Positions 30,401 to 47,156 of a stretch of DNA of 64,000 bases are shown here, piece by piece. This DNA comes from the human T2T-CHM13v2.0 reference genome, Homo sapiens. The notes below the pieces were generated by a model, which saw only the letters and a list, made by a program, of their open reading frames with translations, ran no database searches and was not told where the DNA came from. The first letter of the stretch is position 1, and each line of letters opens with the position of its first letter. The translations under genes were made by a program, and so were the position numbers. Where the stretch lies: NCBI RefSeq assembly GCF_009914755.1, contig NC_060937.1. One strand, written 5' to 3'.

Positions 30401-33400
30401 ACATATTATATACTGTACATGAAATATCAAAATTCACAAACTATATATTACTTACTGTACATAAAATATCAAAGTACCGAAGGTATATATTCTATACTGT
30501 ACAAAACATATCAAAGTACCCAAAGCATGTATTATATAGTGTACATAAAATATGAAAGCACATCAAATATATATTTTATTCTGTACATAAAATATCAAAG
30601 TACACCAAATATATATTCTATAGTGTACATAAAATATCAAAGTACCCAAACTATACATTATATACTGTACATAAAACATGAAATTACATCCAATATATAT
30701 TATATTAGGTACATAAAATATGAAAGTACATCAAATATAAATTATATACTGTACATAAAATACCAAAGTACCCCAAATATATATTATATACTGTACATGA
30801 AATATCAAAGTTCACAAACTATATATTATATACTGTACATAAAATATCAAAGTACCCAAGGTATATATTCTACACTGTACAAAAAATATCAAAGTACCCA
30901 AAGCATGTATTATATACTGTACATAAAATATGAAAGTACATCAAATATATATTTTATACTGTACATAAAATATCAAAGCACACTAAATATATATTCTATA
31001 GTGTACATAAAATATCAAAGTACCCAAACTATACATTATATACTGTACATAAAATATGAAATTACATCAAATATATATTATATTAGGTACATAAAATATG
31101 AAAGTACATCAAATATAGATTATATACTGTACATAAAATACCAAAGTACCCCAAATACATATAATATACTGTACATGAAATATCAAAGTTCACAAACTAT
31201 ATATTATATACTGTACATAAAATATCAAAGTACCCAAGGTATATATTCTATACTGTACAAAAAATATCAAAGTACCCAAAGCATGTATTATATACTGTAC
31301 ACAAAATATGAAAGTACATCAAATATATATTTTATTCTGTACATAAAATATCAAAGTACACCAAATATATATTCTATAGTGTACATAAAATGTCAAAGTA
31401 CCCAAACTATACATTATATACTGTACATAAAATATGAAATTACATCAAATATATATTATATTAGGTACATAAAATATGAAAGTACATCAAATATAAATTA
31501 TATACTGTACATAAAATACCAAAGTACCCCAAATATATATTATATACTGTACATGGAATATCAAAGTTCACAAACTATATATTATATACTGTACATAAAA
31601 TATCAAAGTACCCAAGGTATATATTCTATACTCTACAAAAAATATCAAAGTACCCAAAGCATGTATTATATACGGTACTTAAAATATGAAAGTACATCAA
31701 ATATATATTTTATTCTGTACATAAAATATCAAAGTACCCTAAGTATATATTCTATAGTGTACATAAAATATCAAAGTACCCAAACTATACATTATATACT
31801 GTACATAAAATATGAAATTACATCAAATATATATTATATTAGGTACATAAAATATGAAAGTACATCAAAGATAGATTATATACTGTACATAAAATACCAA
31901 ATTCCCCCAAATACATATTATATACTGTACATGAAATATCAAAGTTCACAAACTATATATTATATACTGTACATAAAATATCAAAGTACCCAAGGTATAT
32001 ATTCTATACTGTACAAAAAATATCAAAGTACCCAAAGCAAGTATTATATACTGTACATAAAATATGAAAGTACATCAAATATATATTTTATTCTGTACAT
32101 AAAATATCAAAGTACACCAAATATATATTCTATAGTGTACATAAAATATCAAAGTACCCAAACTATACATTATAAACTGTACATAAAATATGAAATTACA
32201 TCAAATATATACTATATTATGTACATAAAATATGAAAGTACATCAAATATAGATTATATACTGTATGTAAAATACCAAAGTATCCAAAATAAATATTTTA
32301 TACTGTACATGCAGTATCAAAGTTCACAAACTATATATTATATACTGTACATAAAATATCAAAGTACCGAAGGTATATATTCTATACTGTACAAAAAATA
32401 TCAAAGTATCCCAAGCATGTATTATATACTGTACATAAAATATGAAAGTACATCAAATATATATTTTCTTCTGTACATAAAATATCAAAGTACACCAAAT
32501 ATATATTCTATAGTGTACATAAAATATAAATGTACAAAAACTATACATTATATACTGTACATAAAATATGAAATTACATCAAATATATATTATATTAGGT
32601 ACCTAAAATATGAAAGTACATCAAATATAGATTATATACTGTACATAAAATACCAAAGAACCCCAAATATGTATTATATACTGTACATGAAATATCAAAG
32701 TTCACAAACTATATATTATATACTGTACATAAAATATCAAAGTACCCAAGGTATATATTCTATACTGTACAAAAAATATCAAAGTACCCAAAGCATGTAT
32801 TATATACTGTACATAAAATATGAAAGTACATCAAATATATATTTTATTCTGTACATAAAATATCAAAGTACACCAAATATATATTCTATAGTGTACATAA
32901 AATATCAAAGTACCCAAACTATACATTATATACTGTACATAAAACATGAAATTACATCCAATATTTATTATATTAGGTCCATAAAATATGAAAGTACATC
33001 AAATATAAATTATATACTGTACATAAAATACCAAAGTACCCCAAATATATATTATATACTGTACATGAAATATCAAAGTTCACAAACTATATATTATATA
33101 CTGTACATAAAATATCAAAGTACCCAAGGTATATATTCTATACTGTACAAAAAATATCAAAGTACCCAAAGCATGTATTATGTACTGTACATAAAATATG
33201 AAAGTACATCAAATATATATTTTATTCTGTACATAAAATATCAAAGTACACTAAATATATATTCTATAGTGCACATAAAATATCAAAGTACCCAAACTAT
33301 ACATTATATACTGTACATAAAATATGAAATTACATCAAATATATATTATATTAGGTACATAAAATATGAAAGTACATCAAATATAGATTATATACTGTAC

Positions 33401-35280
33401 ATAAAATACCAAAGTACCCCAAATACATATTATATACTGTACATGAAATATCAAAGTTCACAAACTATATATTATATACTGTACATAAAATATCAAAGTA
33501 CCCAAGGTATATATTCTATACTGTACAAAAAATATCAAAGTACCCAAAGCAAGTATTATATACTGTACATAAAATATGAAAGTACATCAAATATATATTT
33601 TATTCTGTACATAAAATATCAAAGTACACCAAATATATATTCTATACTGTACATAAAATATCAAAGTACCCAAACTATACATTATATACTGTACATAAAA
33701 TATGAAATTACATCAAATATATATTATATTATGTACATAAAATATGAAAGTACATCAAATATAAATTATATACTGTACATAAAATACCAAAGTACCCCAA
33801 ATATATATTATAAACTGTACATGCAATATCAAAGTTCACAAACTATATATCATATACTGTACATAAAATATCAAAGTACCGAAGGTATATATTCTATACT
33901 GTCCAAAAAATATCAAAGTACCCAAAGCATGTATTATATACTGTACATAAAATATGAAAGTACATCAAATATATATTTTATTCTGTACATAAAATATCAA
34001 AGTACACCAAATATATATTCTATAGTGTACATAAAATATCAAAGTACCCAAACAATACATTATATACTGTACATAAAACATGAAATTACATCCAATATAT
34101 ATTATATTAGGTACATAAAATATGAAAGTACATCAAATATAAATTATATACTGTACATAAATTCCAAAGTACCCCAAATATATATTATATACTGTACATG
34201 AAATATCAAAGTTCACAAACTATATATTATATACTATACATAAAATATCAAAGTACCCAAGGTATATATTCTACACTGTACAAAAAATATCAAAGTACCC
34301 AAAGCATGTATTATATACTGTACATAAAATATGAAAGTACATCAAATATATATTTTATACTGTACATAAAATATCAAAGCACACTAAATATATATTCTAT
34401 AGTGTACATAAAATATCAAAGTACCCAAACTATACATTATATACTGTACATAAAATATGAAATTACATCAAATATATATTATATTAGGTACATAAAATAT
34501 GAAAGTACATCAAATATAGATTATATACTGTACATAAAATACCAAAGTACCCCAAATACATATAATATACTGTACATGAAATATCAAAGTTCACAAACTA
34601 TATATTATATACTGTACATAAAATATCAAAGTACCCAAGGTATATATTCTATACTGTACAAAAAATATCAAAGTACCCAAAGCAAGTATTATATACTGTA
34701 CATCAAATATGAAAGTACATCAAATATATATTTTATTCTGTACATAAAATATCAAAGTACACCAAATATATATTCTATAGTGTACATAAAATATCAAAGT
34801 ACCCAAACTATACATTATATACTGTACATAAAATATGAAATTACATCAAATATATATTATATTAGGTACATAAAATATGAAAGTACATCAAATATAAATT
34901 ATATACTGTACATAAAATACCAAAGTACCCCAAATATATATTATAAACTGTATATGCAATATCAAAGTTCACAAACTATATATCATATACTGTACATAAA
35001 ATATCAAAGTACCGAAGGTATATATTCTATACTGTCCAAAAAATATCAAAGTACCCAAAGCATGTATTATATACTGTACATAAAATATGAAAGTACATCA
35101 AATATATATTTTATTCTGTACATAAAATATCAAAGTACACCAAATATATATTCTATAGTGTACATAAAATATCAAAGTACCCAAACTATACATTATATAC
35201 TGTACATAAAATATGAAATTACATCAAATATATATTATATTAGGTACATGAAATATGAAAGTACATCAAATATAGATTAT
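24160..35280 (+). repeat. Macro-unit copy 1 (about 11,120 bp)
   Basis: The start marker TAATATACCA...CTGTCCATGAAATATCCAAG occurs at 24171, 35291 and 47167. ORF pairs 24416/35536 and 26468/37588 are offset by 11,120. Confidence 0.9.
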
Positions 35281-38200
35281 ATACTGTACATAATATACCA
35301 AAGTACCCCAAATATATATTTTATACTGTCCATGAAATATCCAAGTTCACAAACTATATATTATGTACTGTACATAAAATATCAAAGTACCCAAGGTATA
35401 CATTTTATACTGTACAAAAAATATCAAAGTACCGAAAGCATGTATTATATACTGTACATAAAATATGAAAGTACATGAAATATATATTTTATTCTGTACA
35501 AAAAATATCAAAGTACACCAAATATATATTCTATAGTGTACATAAAATATCAAAGTACCCAAACTATACATTATATACTGTACATAAAATATGAAATTAC
35601 ATCAAATAAATATTATGTTATGTACAGAAAATATGAAAATACATCAAATATAGATTATATACTGTACATAAAATATCAAAGCACCCCAAATATATATTAT
35701 ATACTCTACATGAAATATCAAATTTCACAAACTATATATTATATACTGCACATAAAATATCATAGTACCCAAGGTATATATTCTATACTCTACAAAAAAT
35801 ATCAAAGAACCCAAAGCATGTATTATATACTGTACATAAAATATGAAAGTACATCAAATATATATTTTATTCTGTACATAAAATATCAAAGTACACCAAA
35901 TATATATTCTATACTGTACATAAAATATCAAAGTACCCAAACTATACATTATATAGTGTACATAAAATATGAAATTACATCAAATATATATTATATTAGG
36001 TACAGAAAATATGAAAATACATCCAATATAGATTATATACTGTACATAAAATACCAAAGGACCACAAATGTATATTTTATACTGTACATGAAATATCAAA
36101 GTTCACAAGCTATATATCATATACTGTACATAAAATATCAAAGTACTCAAGGTATATATTCTATACTGTACAAAAAATATCAAAGTACCCAAAACATGTA
36201 TTATATACTGTACATAAAATATGAAAGTACATCAAATATATATTTTATTCTGTACATAAAATATCAAAGTACACCAAATATATATTCTATAGTGTACATA
36301 AAATATCAAAGTAGCCAAACTATACATTATATACTGTACATAAAATATGAAATTACATCAAATATATATTATATTAGGTACATAAAATATGAAAGTACAT
36401 CAAATATAGATTATATACTGTACATAAAATACCAAAGTACCCCAAATATATATATTATATTGTACATGAAATATCAAAGTTCACAAACTATATATTATAT
36501 ACTGTACATAAAATATCAAAGTACCCAAGGTATATATTCTATACTGTACAAAAAATATCAAAGTACCCAAAGCATGTATTATATACTGTACATGAAATAT
36601 GAAAGTACATCAAATATATATTTTATTCTGTACATAAAATATCAAAGTACACCAAATATATATTCTATACTGTACATAAAATATCAAAGTACCCAAACTA
36701 TACATTATATACTGTACGTAAAATATGAAATTACATCAAATATATATTATATTAGGTACATAAAATATGAAAGTACATCAAATATAGATTATATACTGTA
36801 CATAAAATACCAAAGTACCACAAATATATATTTTTTACTGTACATGAGATATCAAAGTTCACAAACTATATATTATATACTGTACATAAAATATCAAAGT
36901 ACTCAAGGTATATATTCTATACTGTACAAAAAATATCAAAGTACCCAAAGCATGTATTATATACTGTACATAAAATATGAAAGTACATGAAATATATTTT
37001 TATTCTGTACAAAAAATATCAAAGTACACCAAATATATATTCTATACTGTACATAAAATATTAAAGTACCCAAACTATACATTATATACTGTACATAAAA
37101 TATGAATTTAAATCAAATATATATTATATTAGGTACAGAAAATATGAAAGTACATCAAATATAGATTATATACTCTACATAAAATATCAAAGTACCCCAA
37201 ATATATATAATATACTGTACATGAAATATCAAAGTTCACAAACTATATATTATATACTGTACATAAAATATGAATGTACCCAAGGTATATATTCTATACT
37301 ATACAAAAACTATCAAAGTACCCAAAACCTGTATTATATACTATATATAAAATATGAAAGTGCATCAAATATATATTTTATTCTGTACATAAAATAAAAA
37401 AGTACACCAAATATATATTCTATACTGTACATAAAATATCAAAGTACACAAACTATACATTATATACAGAACATAAAATATGAAATTACATCAAATATAT
37501 ATTAGTTACATAAAATATTAAAGTACATCAAATATAGATTATATACTGTACTTAAAATACCAAAGTACCCCAAATATATATATTATATTGTACATGAAAT
37601 ATCAAAGTTCACAAACTATATATTATATACTGCACATAAAATATCAAATCACCCAAGGTATATATTCTATACTGTACAAAAAATATCAAAGTACCCAAAG
37701 CATGTATTATATACTGTACATAAAATATGAAAGTACATCAAATATATATTTTATTCTGTACATAAAATATCAAAGTACACCAAATATATATTCTATAGTG
37801 TACATAAAATATCAAAGTACCCAAACTATACATTATATACTGTACATAAAATATGAAATTACATCAAATATATATTATATTAGGTACATAAAATATGAAA
37901 GTACATCAAAAATAGATTATATACTGTACATAAAATACCAAAGTACCCCATATAAATATTTTATACTGAACATGAAATATCAAAATTCACAAACTATATA
38001 TTATATACTGTACATAAAATATCAAATCACCCATGGTATCTATTCTATACTGTACAAAAAATATCAAAGTACCCAAAGCATGTATTATATACTGTACATA
38101 AAATATGAAAGTTCATCAAATATATATTTTATTCTGTACATAAAATATCAAAGTACACCAAATATATATTATAAACTGTACATGCAATATCAAAGTTCAC

Positions 38201-41200
38201 AAACTATATATCATATACTGTACATAAAATATCAAAGTACCGAAGGTATATATTCTATACTGTCCAAAAAATATCAAAGTACCCAAAGCATGTATTATAT
38301 ACTGTACATAAAATATGAAAGTACATCAAATATATATTTTATTCTGTACATAAAATATCAAAGTACACCAAATATATATTCTATAGTGTACATAAAATAT
38401 CAAAGTACCCAAACTATACATTATATACTGTACATAAAATATGAAATTACATCAAATATATATTATAATAGGTACATAAAATATGAAAGTACATCAAATA
38501 TAAATTATATACTGTACATAAAATACCAAAGAACCCCAAATATGTATTATATACTGTACATGAAATATCAAAGTTCACAAACTATATATTATATACTGTC
38601 CATAAAATATCAAAGTACCCAAGGTATATATTCTATACTGTACAAAAAATATCAAAGTACCCAAAGCATGTATTATATACTGTACATAAAATATGAAAGT
38701 ACATCAAATATATATTTTATTCTGTACATAAAATATCAAAGTACACCAAATATATATTCTATAGTGTACATAAAATATCAAAGTACCCAAACTATACATT
38801 ATATACTGTACATAAAACATGAAATTACATCCAATATTTATTATATTAGGTCCATAAAATATGAAAGTACATCAAATATAAATTATATACTGTACATAAA
38901 ATACCAAAGTACCCCAAATATATATTATATACTGTACATGAAATATCAAAGTTCACAAACTATATATTATATACTGTACATAAAATATCAAAGTACCCAA
39001 GGTATATATTCTATACTGTACAAAAAATATCAAAGTACCCAAAGCATGTATTATGTACTGTACATAAAATATGAAAGTACATCAAATATATATTTTATTC
39101 TGTACATAAAATATCAAAGTACACTAAATATATATTCTATAGTGCACATAAAATATCAAAGTACCCAAACTATACATTATATACTGTACATAAAATATGA
39201 AATTACATCAAATATATATTATATTAGGTACATAAAATATGAAAGTACATCAAATATAGATTATATACTGTACATAAAATACCAAAGTACCCCAAATACA
39301 TATTATATACTGTACATGAAATATCAAAGTTCACAAACTATATATTATATACTGTACATAAAATATCAAAGTACCCAAGGTATATATTCTATACTGTACA
39401 AAAAATATCAAAGTACCCAAAGCAAGTATTATATACTGTACATAAAATATGAAAGTACATCAAATATATATTTTATTCTGTACATAAAATATCAAAGTAC
39501 ACCAAATATATATTCTATACTGTACAAAAAATATCAAAGTACCCAAAGCAAGTATTATATACTGTACATAAAATATGAAATTACATCAAATATATATTAT
39601 ATTATGTACATAAAATATGAAAGTACATCAAATATAAATTATATACTGTACATAAAATACCAAAGTACCCCAAATATATATTATAAACTGTACATGCAAT
39701 ATCAAAGTTCACAAACTATATATCATATACTGTACATAAAATATCAAAGTACCGAAGGTATATATTCTATACTGTCCAAAAAATATCAAAGTACCCAAAG
39801 CATGTATTATATACTGTACATAAAATATGAAAGTACATCAAATATATATTTTATTCTGTACATAAAATATCAAAGTACACCAAATATATATTCTATAGTG
39901 TACATAAAATATCAAAGTACCCAAACTATACATTATATACTGTACATAAAATATGAAATTACATCAAATATATATTATAATAGGTACACAAAATATGAAA
40001 GTACATCAAATATAAATTATATACTGTACATAAAATACCAAAGAACCCCAAATATATATTATATACTGTACATGAAATATCAAAGTTCAGAAACTATATA
40101 TTATATACTGTACATAAAATATCAAAGTACCGAAAGTATATATTCTATACTATACAAAAAATATCAAAGTACCCAAACCATGTATTATATACTGTTCATA
40201 AAATATGAAAGTACATCAAATATATATTTTATTCTGTACATAAAATATCAAAGTACACTAAATATATATTCTATAGTGTACATAAAATATCAAAGTACCC
40301 AAACTATACATTATATACTGTACATAAAATATGAAATTACATCAAATATATATTATATTAGGTACATAAAATATGAAAGTACATCAAATATATATTATAT
40401 ACTGTACATAACATACCAAAGTACCCCAAATACATATTATATACTGTACATGAAATATCAAAGTTCACAAACTATATATTACTTACTGTACATAAAATAT
40501 CAAAGTACCGAAGGTATATATTCTATACTGTACAAAACATATCAAAGTACCCAAAGCCTGTATTATATACTGGACATAAAATATGAAAGCACATCAAATA
40601 TATATTTTATTCTGTACATAAAATATCAAAGTACACCAAATATATATTCTATAGTGTACATAAAATATCAAAGTACCCAAACTATACATTATATACTGTA
40701 GATAAAACATGAAATTACATCCAATATATATTATATTAGGTACATAAAATATGAAAGTACATCAAATATAAATTATATACTGTACATAAATTCCAAAGTA
40801 CCCCAAATATATATTATATACTGTACATGAAATATCAAAGTTCACAAACTATATATTATATACTATACATAAAATATCAAAGTACCCACGGTATATATTC
40901 TACACTGTACAAAAAATATCAAAGTACCCAAAGCATGTATTATATACTGTACATAAAATATGAAAGTACATCAAATATATATTTTATACTGTACATAAAA
41001 TATCAAAGTACACTAAATATATATTCTATAGTGTACATAAAATATCAAAGTACCCAAACTATACATTATATACTGTACAGAAAATATGAAATTACATCAA
41101 ATATATATTATATTAGGTATATAAAATATGAAAGTACATCAAATATAGATTATATACTGTACATAAAATACCAAAGTACCCCAAATACATATTATATACT

Positions 41201-44200
41201 GTACATGAAATATCAAAGTTCACAAACTATATATTATATACTGTACATAAAATATCAAAGTACCCATGGTATATATTCTATACTGTACAAAAAATATCAA
41301 AGTACCCAAAGCAAGTAGTATATACTGTACATAAAATATGAAAGTACATCAAATATATATTTCATTCTGTACATAAAATATCAAAGTACACCAAATATAT
41401 ATTCCATAGTGTACATAAAATATCAAAGTACCCAAACTATACATTATATACTGTACATAAAATATGAAATTACATCAAATATATATTATATTACATACAT
41501 AAAATATGAAAGTACATCAAATATAAATTATATACTGTACATAAAATACCAAAGTACACCAAATATATATTATATACTGTACATGAAATATCAAAGTTCA
41601 CAAACTATATATTATATACTGTACATAAAATATCAAAGTACCCGAGGTATATATTCTATACTGTACAAAAAATATCAAAGTACGCAAAGCATGTATTATA
41701 TACTGTTAATAAAATATGAAAGTACATCAAATATATATTTTATTCTGTATATAAAATATCAAAGTACCCAAACAATACATTATATACTGTACATAAAATA
41801 TGAAATTACATCAAATATATATTATAATAGGTACACAAAATATGAAAGTACATCAAATATAAATTATATACTGTACATAAAATACCAAAGAACCCCAAAT
41901 ATATTATATACTGTACATGAAATATCAAAGTTCAGAAACTATATATTATATACTGTTCATAAAATATCAAAGTACCGAAAGTATATATTCTATACTATAC
42001 AAAAAATATCAAAGTACCCAAAGCATGTATTATATACTGTTCATAAAATATGAAAGTACATCAAATATATATTTTATTCTGTACATAAAATATCAAAGTA
42101 CACTAAATATATATTCTATAGTGTACATAAAATATCAAAGTACCCAAACTATACATTATATACTGTACATAAAATATGAAATTACATCAAATATATATTA
42201 TATTAGGTACATAAAATATGAAAGTACATCAAATATATATTATATACTGTACATAACATACCAAAGTACCCCAAATACATATTATATACTGTACATGAAA
42301 TATCAAAATTCACAAACTATATATTACTTACTGTACATAAAATATCAAAGTACCGAAGGTATATATTCTATACTGTACAAAACATATCAAAGTACCCAAA
42401 GCATGTATTATATAGTGTACATAAAATATGAAAGCACATCAAATATATATTTTATTCTGTACATAAAATATCAAAGTACACCAAATATATATTCTATAGT
42501 GTACATAAAATATCAAAGTACCCAAACTATACATTATATACTGTACATAAAACATGAAATTACATCCAATATATATTATATTAGGTACATAAAATATGAA
42601 AGTACATCAAATATAAATTATATACTGTACATAAAATACCAAAGTACCCCAAATATATATTATATACTGTACATGAAATATCAAAGTTCACAAACTATAT
42701 ATTATATACTGTACATAAAATATCAAAGTACCCAAGGTATATATTCTACACTGTACAAAAAATATCAAAGTACCCAAAGCATGTATTATATACTGTACAT
42801 AAAATATGAAAGTACATCAAATATATATTTTATACTGTACATAAAATATCAAAGCACACTAAATATATATTCTATAGTGTACATAAAATATCAAAGTACC
42901 CAAACTATACATTATATACTGTACATAAAATATGAAATTACATCAAATATATATTATATTAGGTACATAAAATATGAAAGTACATCAAATATAGATTATA
43001 TACTGTACATAAAATACCAAAGTACCCCAAATACATATAATATACTGTACATGAAATATCAAAGTTCACAAACTATATATTATATACTGTACATAAAATA
43101 TCAAAGTACCCAAGGTATATATTCTATACTGTACAAAAAATATCAAAGTACCCAAAGCATGTATTATATACTGTACACAAAATATGAAAGTACATCAAAT
43201 ATATATTTTATTCTGTACATAAAATATCAAAGTACACCAAATATATATTCTATAGTGTACATAAAATGTCAAAGTACCCAAACTATACATTATATACTGT
43301 ACATAAAATATGAAATTACATCAAATATATATTATATTAGGTACATAAAATATGAAAGTACATCAAATATAAATTATATACTGTACATAAAATACCAAAG
43401 TACCCCAAATATATATTATATACTGTACATGGAATATCAAAGTTCACAAACTATATATTATATACTGTACATAAAATATCAAAGTACCCAAGGTATATAT
43501 TCTATACTCTACAAAAAATATCAAAGTACCCAAAGCATATATTATATACGGTACTTAAAATATGAAAGTACATCAAATATATATTTTATTCTGTACATAA
43601 AATATCAAAGTACCCTAAGTATATATTCTATAGTGTACATAAAATCTCAAAGTACCCAAACTATACATTATATACTGTACATAAAATATGAAATTACATC
43701 AAATATATATTATATTAGGTACATAAAATATGAAAGTACATCAAAGATAGATTATATACTGTACATAAAATACCAAATTCCCCCAAATACATATTATATA
43801 CTGTACATGAAATATCAAAGTTCACAAACTATATATTATATACTGTACATAAAATATCAAAGTACCCAAGGTATATATTCTATACTGTACAAAAAATATC
43901 AAAGTACCCAAAGCAAGTATTATATACTGTACATAAAATATGAAAGTACATCAAATATATATTTTATTCTGTACATAAAATATCAAAGTACACCAAATAT
44001 ATATTCTATAGTGTACATAAAATATCAAAGTACCCAAACTATACATTATAAACTGTACATAAAATATGAAATTACATCAAATATATACTATATTATGTAC
44101 ATAAAATATGAAAGTACATCAAATATAGATTATATACTGTATGTAAAATACCAAAGTACCCAAAATAAATATTTTATACTGTACATGCAGTATCAAAGTT

Positions 44201-47156
44201 CACAAACTATATATTATATACTGTACATAAAATATCAAAGTACCAAAGGTATATATTCTATACTGTACAAAAAATATCAAAGTATCCCAAGCATGTATTA
44301 TATACTGTACATAAAATATGAAAGTACATCAAATATATATTTTCTTCTGTACATAAAATATCAAAGTACACCAAATATATATTCTATAGTGTACATAAAA
44401 TATAAATGTACAAAAACTATACATTATATACTGTACATAAAATATGAAATTACATCAAATATATATTATATTAGGTACCTAAAATATGAAAGTACATCAA
44501 ATATAGATTATATACTGTACATAAAATACCAAAGAACCCCAAATATGTATTATATACTGTACATGAAATATCAAAGTTCACAAACTATATATTATATACT
44601 GTACATAAAATATCAAAGTACCCAAGGTATATATTCTATACTGTACAAAAAATATCAAAGTACCCAAAGCATGTATTATATACTGTACATAAAATATGAA
44701 AGTACATCAAATATATATTTTATTCTGTACATAAAATATCAAAGTACACCAAATATATATTCTATAGTGTACATAAAATATCAAAGTACCCAAACTATAC
44801 ATTATATACTGTACATAAAACATGAAATTACATCCAATATTTATTATATTAGGTCCATAAAATATGAAAGTACATCAAATATAAATTATATACTGTACAT
44901 AAAATACCAAAGTACCCCAAATATATATTATATACTGTACATGAAATATCAAAGTTCACAAACTATATATTATATACTGTACATAAAATATCAAAGTACC
45001 CAAGGTATATATTCTATACTGTACAAAAAATATCAAAGTACCCAAAGCATGTATTATGTACTGTACATAAAATATGAAAGTACATCAAATATATATTTTA
45101 TTCTGTACATAAAATATCAAAGTACACTAAATATATATTCTATAGTGCACATAAAATATCAAAGTACCCAAACTATACATTATATACTGTACATAAAATA
45201 TGAAATTACATCAAATATATATTATATTAGGTACATAAAATATGAAAGTACATCAAATATAGATTATATACTGTACATAAAATACCAAAGTACCCCAAAT
45301 ACATATTATATACTGTACATGAAATATCAAAGTTCACAAACTATATATTATATACTGTACATAAAATATCAAAGTACCCAAGGTATATATTCTATACTGT
45401 ACAAAAAATATCAAAGTACCCAAAGCAAGTATTATATACTGTACATAAAATATGAAAGTACATCAAATATATATTTTATTCTGTACATAAAATATCAAAG
45501 TACACCAAATATATATTCTATACTGTACATAAAATATCAAAGTACCCAAACTATACATTATATACTGTACATAAAATATGAAATTACATCAAATATATAT
45601 TATATTATGTACATAAAATATGAAAGTACATCAAATATAAATTATATACTGTACATAAAATACCAAAGTACCCCAAATATATATTATAAACTGTACATGC
45701 AATATCAAAGTTCACAAACTATATATCATATACTGTACATAAAATATCAAAGTACCGAAGGTATATATTCTATACTGTCCAAAAAATATCAAAGTACCCA
45801 AAGCATGTATTATATACTGTACATAAAATATGAAAGTACATCAAATATATATTTTATTCTGTACATAAAATATCAAAGTACACCAAATATATATTCTATA
45901 GTGTACATAAAATATCAAAGTACCCAAACAATACATTATATACTGTACATAAAACATGAAATTACATCCAATATATATTATATTAGGTACATAAAATATG
46001 AAAGTACATCAAATATAAATTATATACTGTACATAAATTCCAAAGTACCCCAAATATATATTATATACTGTACATGAAATATCAAAGTTCACAAACTATA
46101 TATTATATACTATACATAAAATATCAAAGTACCCAAGGTATATATTCTACACTGTACAAAAAATATCAAAGTACCCAAAGCATGTATTATATACTGTACA
46201 TAAAATATGAAAGTACATCAAATATATATTTTATACTGTACATAAAATATCAAAGCACACTAAATATATATTCTATAGTGTACATAAAATATCAAAGTAC
46301 CCAAACTATACATTATATACTGTACATAAAATATGAAATTACATCAAATATATATTATATTAGGTACATAAAATATGAAAGTACATCAAATATAGATTAT
46401 ATACTGTACATAAAATACCAAAGTACCCCAAATACATATAATATACTGTACATGAAATATCAAAGTTCACAAACTATATATTATATACTGTACATAAAAT
46501 ATCAAAGTACCCAAGGTATATATTCTATACTGTACAAAAAATATCAAAGTACCCAAAGCAAGTATTATATACTGTACATCAAATATGAAAGTACATCAAA
46601 TATATATTTTATTCTGTACATAAAATATCAAAGTACACCAAATATATATTCTATAGTGTACATAAAATATCAAAGTACCCAAACTATACATTATATACTG
46701 TACATAAAATATGAAATTACATCAAATATATATTATATTAGGTACATAAAATATGAAAGTACATCAAATATAAATTATATACTGTACATAAAATACCAAA
46801 GTACCCCAAATATATATTATAAACTGTATATGCAATATCAAAGTTCACAAACTATATATCATATACTGTACATAAAATATCAAAGTACCGAAGGTATATA
46901 TTCTATACTGTCCAAAAAATATCAAAGTACCCAAAGCATGTATTATATACTGTACATAAAATATGAAAGTACATCAAATATATATTTTATTCTGTACATA
47001 AAATATCAAAGTACACCAAATATATATTCTATAGTGTACATAAAATATCAAAGTACCCAAACTATACATTATATACTGTACATAAAATATGAAATTACAT
47101 CAAATATATATTATATTAGGTACATGAAATATGAAAGTACATCAAATATAGATTAT
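35281..47156 (+). repeat. Macro-unit copy 2 (11,876 bp)
   Basis: ORF pairs 28951/40827, 29533/41409, 30041/41917, 34198/46074, 35536/47412 and 37588/49464 are all offset by 11,876. Most pairs have near-identical translations; 37588/49464 match only over their shared portion. Confidence 0.92.
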
